From positions 1-64,000 of the forward strand of contig JASKLF010000007.1 of NCBI GenBank assembly GCA_030153785.1: a DNA stretch of 64,000 nucleotides. Reading direction: 5' to 3'. Below are positions 30,264-39,000 of the stretch, one piece after another. A model generated the notes under the pieces. That model ran no database searches. It saw only the letters and a program-made list of their open reading frames with translations, and was not told the origin of the DNA. The position numbers were made by a program, and so were the translations under genes. Source of the DNA: a bacterium (GTDB lineage Bacteria; Synergistota; GBS-1). Each line of letters begins with the position of its first letter. The first letter of the stretch is position 1.

Positions 30264-31517
30264 TTACCACTCGCTTAGCTTATGAACAAATAAACCGCTC
30301 CTTAACTTTGGCTCAAACCAAGTGGATTTAGGAGGCATAACCATTCCCGCATCAGAAACGGCCATCAAGGATTTAACGGAAACAGGATAAAGAACGAATG
30401 CCACTTTCATCTCCCCAGAATCAACCCTTCTCTTTAATTCTTCAATGCCCTTTATTCCACCAACAAAATCTATCCTCCTATCAGTCCTCGGATCCGATAT
30501 TCCCAAGATAGGCCCTAACAAGTTCTCCTGCAAGATATAGACATCCAAAGACTTAACCGGATCAGATTCATCATAAGTTCCCTTTTTGGCCTCGAGCTTA
30601 TACCACTTACCGCCTAAATACATGCCAAAGAAATGCTCCCTCTCAGGACGATAAGGAGTTTTCCCCCTTTCCTCCAAGAGAAACTTCTCCCCAACCTTGG
30701 ACAAAAACTCCTCCTCGGTAAGGCCGTTTAAATCCCTCACCACACGATTATATTCCATGATATAAAGGTCCCTGTCGGGGAAGATAACGGCCAGAAAGTA
30801 GTTAAATCCCTCTTTCCCGGTAAAGCTTGGGGCTTCCTTTCTTCTTTCAAGCCCCACCTTAACAGCAGCAGCACACCGATGATGTCCATCAGCTATATAA
30901 AGGGAATCGATCTTCTTAAAAGCCTCCTCTATCTCCTTTATGAGACCTTCATCGTCTATAATCCAAACGATATGCCTCACGCCGTCTTCGGACTGAAAAT
31001 CATAAACGGGGCGGTGTCTTTCTATCCAGCCCTCGGTCAATCTGTTTATCTCCTGAGAATATGGATAAAATAGGAATACGGGACCTGTATTAGCGTCGCA
31101 AGTTTCGATATGCCTTATGCGCTCCAATTCCTTATCTGCACGAGTGTGCTCGTGCTTCTTAATGACGTTATTGAGATAGTCATCTATACTGCAACATCCT
31201 ACTATTCCAGTCTGAACCCTTCCTTTCGCGATTTCCCTGTATATATAGAAGCACGGCTTTCCCTCCTCCACTAAGACGCCCTCTTTTACCATTCTCTCTA
31301 AATTTTCCCTCGCCCTTTTATAAACCCTGATATCGTCAACGCCAGGCTCGTAAGAAAATTCTATCTCCGATTTTTCAACCCTGAGAAAAGAATAAGGATT
31401 ACCCTCGACCATCTTCTTCGCCTCATGGAAGCTAAGAACATCATAAGGTAAAGATGCCACAAGCTGAACCAAATCGGCCCGAGGCCTTAAAGCTTTAAAC
31501 GGCTTAACTATAGCCAC
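30264..31517 (-). CDS. DUF1015 family protein
   Basis: KPFKALRP, LPYDV, KKHEHTR, YIADGHHR, MPPKSTWFEPKLRSG. Confidence 0.9.
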   Translation of the reverse strand: MAIVKPFKALRPRADLVQLVASLPYDVLSFHEAKKMVEGNPYSFLRVEKSEIEFSYEPGVDDIRVYKRARENLERMVKEGVLVEEGKPCFYIYREIAKGRVQTGIVGCCSIDDYLNNVIKKHEHTRADKELERIRHIETCDANTGPVFLFYPYSQEINRLTEGWIERHRPVYDFQSEDGVRHIVWIIDDEGLIKEIEEAFKKIDSLYIADGHHRCAAAVKVGLERRKEAPSFTGKEGFNYFLAVIFPDRDLYIMEYNRVVRDLNGLTEEEFLSKVGEKFLLEERGKTPYRPEREHFFGMYLGGKWYKLEAKKGTYDESDPVKSLDVYILQENLLGPILGISDPRTDRRIDFVGGIKGIEELKRRVDSGEMKVAFVLYPVSVKSLMAVSDAGMVMPPKSTWFEPKLRSGLFVHKLSEW

Positions 31518-31521
31518 CTCT

Positions 31522-32706
31522 TCATCCCTCCACTTTGATAGGCTTAAAAATATCCTTTATAAAAATGGAGATCCCCAAAAAGGACACAAAAATGGCAACC
31601 AAAACCGCGGTATAATAATCGCCATACATATCATATAAAAGCCCTCCAACAATCGGACCACAAACAGCCGCCACCGCATTACCGAGAAAAACGTAGGGAT
31701 AAACCGTAGTTACGTTATTAATCCCGTACTCCTCCGCTGTCTCTCTTGCGAAAAGGACAAAGTTAGCACCATAGCTGAACCCAAGCAAGAGCACCAACGA
31801 TGTATATAAGATAGCATTAATGGAAAAAATATACAACCCTAACAAACCTAAGGCTCCACAAAGCAAACCAAGAACTATGGCACGGGGAGAACCGAGCCTG
31901 TCTCCTATCCAGCCCCACAAAATTCTACCTAAGCAATTTGACACGGCAAATAATGAAATGCTTGCTGTAACAAGCATTTCATTATCTATCAAAGTCAAGC
32001 CCATGTTCTTCAAGTTACCTATCACCATTACACCACCAAAAACGCCGCAGAAAATGCCAAGCCAGAGCTTCCAAAAACGCCATCCAGAAAGAATCTTCCC
32101 CTTTCCAAGACTTAAACCTTGATCAGACTGCCCTTCTGGGTCACCAGGCTTGTCAAAAAAGAGGGAGCTTATGGAGATAAGCAGTATATATATAACACCT
32201 ACCGTCATAAATATCTGGTGGACCGAATAACCTAATCCCTTCAAGTAGGTTATAATAAAGGGCAATACCACTGAACCTAAACCAAAACTACCCACGCTTA
32301 TGCCCGTAATTAATCCCTTCTTCTGAGGAGGAAACCATCTCATAGGTATGCCTATCCCTAACGCGTAAAGCAAGCCTATTCCTAAGGCGCTCAAAACCCC
32401 CAAGGAAAACCAGATTCCCCAGAAGTTTCCCCTAAACAAACCGGCAAGAATATAGCTACCCCCGAACAACGAGCCCACGACGAAGACAAATTTCCTCAAG
32501 CTAATTAGCCTCTTTTCGATTCTACCCGCAAATATCATATAAATTGGGATACCTCCGCTTATAGAACCGAAGATTATCTGAGATTGCGTCACTGAAATAT
32601 AACCACCTTTAATCAGCTCATAAGCGAAGGCGCTCCAAGCATAAACTCCACCTATGCAAAACATCATTAAAACGCTCGAAAGCAATATAACCCATTCCCT
32701 TCCCAC
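31522..32706 (-). CDS. MFS transporter, oxalate:formate antiporter (OFA) family
   Basis: GGVYAWS, RWFP-x-x-KKGLITG, GRILWGWIGDRLG; about 12 TM helices. Confidence 0.88.
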   Translation of the reverse strand: MGREWVILLSSVLMMFCIGGVYAWSAFAYELIKGGYISVTQSQIIFGSISGGIPIYMIFAGRIEKRLISLRKFVFVVGSLFGGSYILAGLFRGNFWGIWFSLGVLSALGIGLLYALGIGIPMRWFPPQKKGLITGISVGSFGLGSVVLPFIITYLKGLGYSVHQIFMTVGVIYILLISISSLFFDKPGDPEGQSDQGLSLGKGKILSGWRFWKLWLGIFCGVFGGVMVIGNLKNMGLTLIDNEMLVTASISLFAVSNCLGRILWGWIGDRLGSPRAIVLGLLCGALGLLGLYIFSINAILYTSLVLLLGFSYGANFVLFARETAEEYGINNVTTVYPYVFLGNAVAAVCGPIVGGLLYDMYGDYYTAVLVAIFVSFLGISIFIKDIFKPIKVEG

Positions 32707-32842
32707 TCAAGAAACTCCCCTTTCTCCACGAAGTTAGCTTCTTATAAGCTTTTACCATAACTTTGCCAAATGCTCAAGAGTAAATGATATAATTAAAAAA
32801 AAGACCAAGGTTATGAGGCTTTCAGATATGGAGGTGGCCAAT

Positions 32843-33622
32843 GTGCAAGATGTAAAAGCAACTGAAAACGTAAGTCTGTATGAGGACCCCAATCATAAGT
32901 TTTTATTCCTTGCATGGGAAGAAAAGGAGGAGGAAGGGATAGTTCAGACCAACCAATATATGATAATCGACGGTAACGAGGCCATACTGCTTGACCCAGG
33001 TGGCGTCCATGTATTTCCAAGAGTATTAGCAAACGTCTCCGAAATAATAGAACCAAGTAAGATCAGACATATTTTCTTTACTCACCAAGACCCAGATGTT
33101 TCCTCAGGAATAATGCTGTGGCTATCTATAGCGGAAAATGCAAGAATCCACATCTCAAATCTGTGGATAAGATTTCTTCCGCACTTCGGCATTTACGACA
33201 AAAGCAGGGTAAACCCTATCCCAGACAGAGGAGACAAAATTAAGCTATCTTCGGGAACGGAACTTGAGATAATCCCATCCCACTTTCTTCATTCCACTGG
33301 AAACTTCACCTTATACGATCCCAAGGCAAAAATCTTATTTTCAGGAGATATAGGCGCCGCCATCTTTGAGAGAGGAAAAAGATATCTCTTCGTTGAAGAC
33401 TTCGATAGCCATGTTAAACTGATGGAGGGTTTTCACAAAAGGTATTTAGCTTCAAGCAGTATACTCAAAAAATGGCTTGACATAGTTGAGAAAAAAGAAA
33501 TAAACATTGTAGCGCCACAACACGGAGCCATATTTAAAGGGGAAAACGTGAAGAAATTTTTCAACTGGCTTAGAACGCTAAGGTGTGGAGCAGATATAAT
33601 AGATGAAATATATGGAAGGTGA
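32843..33622 (+). CDS. Oxygen-binding di-iron protein (ODP), metallo-beta-lactamase fold
   Basis: VQTNQY, LLDPGG, THQDPD, HFLHS-x-GN, FSGDIG, FHKRY, PQHG; no flavodoxin domain. GTG 32843 follows GGAGGTG. Confidence 0.88.
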   Translation: MQDVKATENVSLYEDPNHKFLFLAWEEKEEEGIVQTNQYMIIDGNEAILLDPGGVHVFPRVLANVSEIIEPSKIRHIFFTHQDPDVSSGIMLWLSIAENARIHISNLWIRFLPHFGIYDKSRVNPIPDRGDKIKLSSGTELEIIPSHFLHSTGNFTLYDPKAKILFSGDIGAAIFERGKRYLFVEDFDSHVKLMEGFHKRYLASSSILKKWLDIVEKKEINIVAPQHGAIFKGENVKKFFNWLRTLRCGADIIDEIYGR

Positions 33623-33626
33623 TAAC

Positions 33627-34469
33627 ATGGTCAAGTTAAAGGGGAAAAGTAGCGAAAAGGTGTTTTCATCGTTTTTTGCGGAAAATCTTATGACCTCATT
33701 TATGTCTCAGCTCGATGAAGCTTTACTATCAAGGGTCAGGAAAGCCCAAGGGAATTTGAGGGAGCTTGAAAAAACATTCGATTATACTCGCAAAAAGATA
33801 GAAGAATTATCAGGAAAATTTGAAGAGGAAAGTAAAAACCTCGTAAAAAGCATAGAAGACTCTAAGGAAGTGAACAAGCAAATTATAGAGGAATTAAAAA
33901 AGTCCGGAGCCGATATATCCAAGATAAGCGAAGTGGTTATGTCCTCCATAAACAAGACTTCTCAAACCCTATCGATGTTTAGCGAAATACAAAATATGGC
34001 TGTCGAGATAACGAAGATTGCAAAGCAAACCAATCTTTTAGCTTTAAACGCCTCGATAGAAGCTGCAAGAGCGGGCGAATACGGTAAAGGCTTTGCCGTA
34101 GTAGCATCGGAAGTCCAAAAGCTCGCAGGGGAATCAAACAGGGTAGCCAAAAACATAACAGACCAGGTCAGCGAGCTTTCGGGAGCAGTCACGGAAGCGC
34201 TGGAAAGCACCAAGCTTGTGGGAGAAATCTTTAACAGCGTTCAAAGCTCTCTTCAACAGCTTATGAACTTCATGCAGGGAAACTACGAACTCCTTTATCG
34301 CATAGCTGAGCTCCTTTCGGGAACGAGGGAAAATCTATTAGAAGAAAGAGAAAACTTTGATAAGGCTCTTCAGGTCTTGGAAAAAACGGTAGAAAAGTTT
34401 GAAACTTTGTCAAGGGTTATCTCTTCGGTTGTAAAAGCTCAAATGAGGCTCAAGGATTTATCTATTTAA
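33627..34469 (+). CDS. Soluble (cytoplasmic) methyl-accepting chemotaxis protein
   Basis: [37 protein letters not shown]; no TM segment or sensor domain. Start refined to ATG 33627. Confidence 0.93.
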   Translation: MVKLKGKSSEKVFSSFFAENLMTSFMSQLDEALLSRVRKAQGNLRELEKTFDYTRKKIEELSGKFEEESKNLVKSIEDSKEVNKQIIEELKKSGADISKISEVVMSSINKTSQTLSMFSEIQNMAVEITKIAKQTNLLALNASIEAARAGEYGKGFAVVASEVQKLAGESNRVAKNITDQVSELSGAVTEALESTKLVGEIFNSVQSSLQQLMNFMQGNYELLYRIAELLSGTRENLLEERENFDKALQVLEKTVEKFETLSRVISSVVKAQMRLKDLSI

Positions 34470-34471
34470 GA

Positions 34472-35524
34472 CTACACGTTTTTTAAGCCAGAACCGGTAA
34501 GGGGAATTAAAATCTTCGCCTTTTTCTCGAAATATCCTTCGCTAAGCAAAACCTTAAAACCTGCATAGGTTGCAGCTGAAGTAGGTTCGACAAGAAAACC
34601 AAAAGAAATAAGCTCAGAAAGGGCTTGACTTATTTCATCATCTCCAACAGAAACCACCCTTCCATTAGTTTCGTTGATAATATCTTTCATCTCTCCTTTT
34701 CTGGGGGGTTCAGGGATAGCTATGCCCTCGGCAAGGGTGGTCTTTTCCTGACTTCTCTCCGTCAAGCTTTCAAAGCCCTTGGCCTGAACCGCTATCATAA
34801 CAGGTAGCTCAAGCTTTCCCGAGCTTTTGAGCTCTTTAAATCCTTTATAAAGGCCTATAAACAGGCTCCCGCTTCCAACGGGACTTAACACGTAATCAAC
34901 GGCTCCTATCTGCTCATAAACCTCATAAGAAACCACCTTAGTTCCCTCAAGAAAATAGGGATTAAACCAGTGAGAAACGTAAAATCCCCCTTCAAAGCTT
35001 TTTGCCTTTTTATGAACATCCATTCTAGAACCTTCGATTTCATGAACCTCGGCATCTAAAAGCCTAAGAAGCCGCTTTTTCCCCTTACTCGTATAGCCAG
35101 GAATGAAAAGGTGGGCTTTCAAGCCCTCGCTCTTCGCAAAGAGAGCAAGGCTTAAAGCAGAGTTGCCGGAAGAGTCCAATGTAACCTCCCTGATACCCTC
35201 TTCCTTCAGCTTCGCAACGGTTACATAGGTTCCCCTATCTTTAAACGAACCGCTGGGCATCAAATAATCGAGTTTAAAGAAGACTTTCGTATCGGCAATA
35301 TCCCTTTCAACGACGGGAGTTATGGGTAAAGTAACGCTCGGACGAAAGCTTTCTTTTATCGGAAGAAGGGGAAGATATCTTCTTACATCTAAAAATCGCT
35401 TGTCAAGGCAGCTGTCAAACAGCTTCGGCCTTTCTTCAATGTAATCGACAAGCCCTCCGCACTCACATAAAACCCTAAAGCTCATGTACTCTTTCCCACA
35501 AGATTTACATCTTAACAAAACCAT
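34472..35524 (-). CDS. PLP-dependent fold-II enzyme, threonine-synthase-like
   Basis: N-terminal CKSC/CECG, PSGSFKDRG, SSGN, PVGSG, VEPTSA, PLTGSGLK. Confidence 0.85.
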   Translation of the reverse strand: MVLLRCKSCGKEYMSFRVLCECGGLVDYIEERPKLFDSCLDKRFLDVRRYLPLLPIKESFRPSVTLPITPVVERDIADTKVFFKLDYLMPSGSFKDRGTYVTVAKLKEEGIREVTLDSSGNSALSLALFAKSEGLKAHLFIPGYTSKGKKRLLRLLDAEVHEIEGSRMDVHKKAKSFEGGFYVSHWFNPYFLEGTKVVSYEVYEQIGAVDYVLSPVGSGSLFIGLYKGFKELKSSGKLELPVMIAVQAKGFESLTERSQEKTTLAEGIAIPEPPRKGEMKDIINETNGRVVSVGDDEISQALSELISFGFLVEPTSAATYAGFKVLLSEGYFEKKAKILIPLTGSGLKNV

Positions 35525-35530
35525 CCCTCC

Positions 35531-36343
35531 CTAAAGGCTAAAAGCCTTATCTAAAAGAATCCTGGCATCCTCCCACCGATTAGGAGCGTTTAACAAGACT
35601 AAGAGGACTCTCCTACCCCTTCCTTGTGCCCAAGCGATCAAACAATTCCCCGCCTTTCTTGTATAGCCAGTTTTAACGCCTGAAACCCCTGGATAATCAC
35701 CCAAAAGCTTATTCCTGTTCACAAGCTTAAAAACCTTTTTCCCGTCCACGGTTCTTATATAAACGCTGGGTATCGAAACTATCTTAGCAAAAATGGGTTT
35801 TCGCATAGCAAACTCCGTCAAAACCGCCAAGTCATAAGCGCTTGAGTAATGATTAGGATGGTCATGGCCACAAGCGTTAGCAAAATGAGTATCTCTTAAT
35901 CCAAGCCTTTTGGCTTTGAGATTCATTATCCTAACAAAATTAGCCTCGCTACCCCCAATATATTCGGCTAAAGCTCTGCAAGCGTCGTTAGCAGAATAAA
36001 TCAAAGTAGCGTAAAGCAAATCTATAACCCTCACCCTATCATCAGGCTTAAGACCTATTCTTGAACCCCTCTCCCTTTCCACAGACTTACCAACTTTAAC
36101 CACAGCGTTCAAATTCGCCCTCTCGATAGCAATTAAAGCTGTCATTACCTTGGTCAAGCTTGCGGGAGGAAGCCTTTCGTGAATATTTTTACCCCATACT
36201 ATCTTGCGGTTTACCTTGACCAAGTAAGACGAAGCTGAGGGAGAAAAGGGATCAGAAAGCTTTTGCCCAAAGGCGGGTTCATGTAACATAAAGAGCGAGA
36301 ATAAAATTCCCCAAAGAATAAACCTCTTCCTTCCGATCATCAA
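35531..36343 (-). CDS. D-alanyl-D-alanine carboxypeptidase (peptidase S11)
   Basis: SxxK (ASLTK), SAN and KTG motifs; signal peptide. Confidence 0.93.
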   Translation of the reverse strand: MMIGRKRFILWGILFSLFMLHEPAFGQKLSDPFSPSASSYLVKVNRKIVWGKNIHERLPPASLTKVMTALIAIERANLNAVVKVGKSVERERGSRIGLKPDDRVRVIDLLYATLIYSANDACRALAEYIGGSEANFVRIMNLKAKRLGLRDTHFANACGHDHPNHYSSAYDLAVLTEFAMRKPIFAKIVSIPSVYIRTVDGKKVFKLVNRNKLLGDYPGVSGVKTGYTRKAGNCLIAWAQGRGRRVLLVLLNAPNRWEDARILLDKAFSL

Positions 36344-36401
36344 AATACGCCTCCCTTTAAATTTTAGAAGAAAAGGGTATTATATGCAATATTGAAAAGT
36401 T

Positions 36402-37007
36402 CTAAATAAACTTAACCTTAGCCCCTTTTAGCCCCGCTACTACATATTCATCTTCCGTATCAATCACTTTAAAGACTTCAAGCCCTCTTTTCTCGAACAT
36501 CTTGGCAAGCTCATCTCCCGCGGGAAGAAGGTCATTCTTGGTAACCTCGTTTAAGGCATGAATCCTGTGAATGGTATCTCTACCAGAAGAGTGGACAACA
36601 GCAAATATTCCTCCCTCCTTAAGAAAGCTAACCAAGTGGCTTATAAGGCCTTCTTTGTTTTCAAAGTGAGGAAAAGAGGAGTAACATATTATAGCATCGA
36701 AACTCCTATCGAACTCATAACTTTCCGCATCTCCCCAAATGTAAAGGATACCGTCGCTTCCGAACTTTCTCCTTGCCACAGCAAGCATGTTCTCCGCTAT
36801 ATCTATTTCAACTATCAGAGAAGGCATAAAAAGTTTCCTTAAAAACGGGATTAAAACCCCTGTCCCGGAACCCACATCAAGGATGACGCCGCCTTTAGCG
36901 ATGGGCAGATAGGAAAGAAGTCTCTCTATCTTTTCAGCCTGGATTTCTTGTATATCGTCCCATATATCTGCCCTTTCGTTAAAGAAGACCCGAAGCTCCT
37001 CTCTCAA
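36402..37007 (-). CDS. Class I SAM-dependent methyltransferase
   Basis: ILDVGSGTG, FDAIICYSSFPHF, LKEGG. Start refined to TTG 37007 behind GGAGGG. Confidence 0.88.
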   Translation of the reverse strand: MREELRVFFNERADIWDDIQEIQAEKIERLLSYLPIAKGGVILDVGSGTGVLIPFLRKLFMPSLIVEIDIAENMLAVARRKFGSDGILYIWGDAESYEFDRSFDAIICYSSFPHFENKEGLISHLVSFLKEGGIFAVVHSSGRDTIHRIHALNEVTKNDLLPAGDELAKMFEKRGLEVFKVIDTEDEYVVAGLKGAKVKFI

Positions 37008-37145
37008 ATAGCATCCCTCCCCAACAGGAAATGGTAACACCACACAGTAAAATTATAACACCAAAATACCAAGACTATTGCCCCTAATGTGAGAAACGAG
37101 CATTAAGTTATAATAAATAAAAACCAAAAAGGAGGTATCTTAAAA

Positions 37146-38024
37146 ATGAAAATGGTCAGGTTCAGGCTAAACGAAAAAGCTCACCTTGGAGTCTGCTTAG
37201 GCGAAGAGGTTATAGATATATCTGAAATTAACGGTAAACGATTTCAATCCATCCTGGACTTGCTGATCGAGGCAAAGGAAGAAGGAAAGAGACTGGAAGA
37301 AAAATTAGAAGAGCTGTTAAATAAAAATTTGCCCACATACCCATTAAAAAGCCTTAAACTTCTAAAGCCCATAGAACCCCCAGAAATTTGGGGAGCGGGC
37401 GTAACGTATAAAAGAAGCGAAGAGGAAAGGGAAAAAGAAACAGGCATAAAGGGAATATATAACATGGTCTATAGGGCAAAAAGACCAGAAATATTCTTTA
37501 AGGCCACAAATCATCGCTGTGTTGGTCCCGATGAAGAGGTAGGGATAAGGGGAGATTCCAACTGGACGGTTCCGGAACCCGAATTAGCATTCCTAATCGG
37601 ATTTGATAAAGAAATCGTCGGATTCACAATAGGCAACGACATATCTGCAAGAGATATAGAGGGAGCAAACCCCCTCTACCTCCCGCAGGCCAAGATATTT
37701 GAAGCCTGCTGTGCAATAGGACCATCCATTGTAACGGTTGACGAGGTAGGCATTGAACCCAAACTAAAAATAGAATGCAGAATTTATAGAAACGAGGAGC
37801 TAATATTCCACGGAGAAACCAGCACAGAAAATATGAAAAGAAGCATCAATGAAATTAAGGAATACCTCTGTAGGTATAACCCAATTCCTCCCGGAACCCT
37901 ATGTTTAACAGGAACAGGCATAGTCCCACCAGAAGACTTTGCGCTAATGGAAGGGGACCTTATAGAGATAACTATAGAGAATATAGGAACCTTAAGAAAT
38001 AAAGCTAAACTCCTTAAATATTGA
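37146..38024 (+). CDS. Fumarylacetoacetate-hydrolase family protein (2-keto-3-deoxy-pentonate dehydratase-like)
   Basis: EIWGAGVTY, RPEIFFKA, VPEPEL, GNDISARDIEGANPLYLPQAK, TGTGIVP. Confidence 0.85.
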   Translation: MKMVRFRLNEKAHLGVCLGEEVIDISEINGKRFQSILDLLIEAKEEGKRLEEKLEELLNKNLPTYPLKSLKLLKPIEPPEIWGAGVTYKRSEEEREKETGIKGIYNMVYRAKRPEIFFKATNHRCVGPDEEVGIRGDSNWTVPEPELAFLIGFDKEIVGFTIGNDISARDIEGANPLYLPQAKIFEACCAIGPSIVTVDEVGIEPKLKIECRIYRNEELIFHGETSTENMKRSINEIKEYLCRYNPIPPGTLCLTGTGIVPPEDFALMEGDLIEITIENIGTLRNKAKLLKY

Positions 38025-38030
38025 CTAATC

Positions 38031-38058
38031 TTGATTGAAGCTTTAAAAGTGTTATAAT
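38031..38058 (+). promoter_or_regulatory. Putative promoter of the activase-HypD pair
   Basis: TTGATT-16 bp-TATAAT with an extended TG. Confidence 0.55.
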
Positions 38059-38082
38059 CGAAACTGAAAAGACCCAAAGGAG

Positions 38083-38994
38083 GTGTCCTTAACGCAAGGA
38101 GTTATATTCGACATAAAAAGATATACCATTCACGATGGTCCCGGCATAAGAACTACCGTATTCATGAAGGGATGTCCCCTGAACTGCTGGTGGTGTCACA
38201 ATCCTGAAGGGATATCAAGAAACGTGGAGATAGGATATTTCGAATATAAATGTCTAAAATGCAAAACTTGTCTTACAGTATGTCCCCTGAATGCAATAAC
38301 CTTCCATGAAGAAAAGGGAATAAAGATAGACAGAAACAAATGCAACGGATGTGGAAATTGCGCAGCAAGATGCCCATCTAACGCCCTTAAAAGGATTGGG
38401 AGAACGATAGATATTCTTGAACTTCTTAGCGAAGTTGAAAAGGACATCCCCCTTTACGATAGCTCGGGCGGAGGAGTAACCTTTTCGGGAGGAGAACCCT
38501 TAGCGCAACCGGAGTTCTTGCGCGAGTGCTTAAAAGAGCTTAAAAAGAGGTATATAAGAACCGCCGTAGATACCTCCGGCTACGCATCTCAAGAAAGCCT
38601 TGAATCTATCCTACCCTACACGGATGTCTTTCTTTATGATGTAAAGCTTTTTGATTCCGAAGAACACAAAAAATACACGGGCGTTTCAAATGAGGTTATA
38701 AAGGACAACCTCAGACTCTTAGCGAAGGAGAAAAAACATGTTATCTTAAGATTCCCCGTAATACCAGGAATCACGGACAAAATGGAAAATGTAAAGGGAT
38801 GGGTAGGGTTCATATCGAAGCTAAATAACATAAAGGAAATAAACCTTTTACCATATCACGATATTGAAGAAAAATACTCCCGGTTAGACAGAGAATACAA
38901 GATGAAAATCCACTCAGCGCCTAAAGAGGAAATATTAACCCGGATAAGGGAGGAATTTGAGAAAATTGGCCTCAAGGTAAAAATCGGGGGGTAG
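38083..38994 (+). CDS. Glycyl-radical enzyme activating enzyme (radical SAM with ferredoxin insert)
   Basis: HDGPGIRTTVFMKGCPLNCWWCHNPE, two CxxCxxCxxxCP motifs, GGGVTFSGGEP. True start may be ACG 38092. Confidence 0.95.
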   Translation: MSLTQGVIFDIKRYTIHDGPGIRTTVFMKGCPLNCWWCHNPEGISRNVEIGYFEYKCLKCKTCLTVCPLNAITFHEEKGIKIDRNKCNGCGNCAARCPSNALKRIGRTIDILELLSEVEKDIPLYDSSGGGVTFSGGEPLAQPEFLRECLKELKKRYIRTAVDTSGYASQESLESILPYTDVFLYDVKLFDSEEHKKYTGVSNEVIKDNLRLLAKEKKHVILRFPVIPGITDKMENVKGWVGFISKLNNIKEINLLPYHDIEEKYSRLDREYKMKIHSAPKEEILTRIREEFEKIGLKVKIGG

Positions 38995-39000
38995 GGAAAG

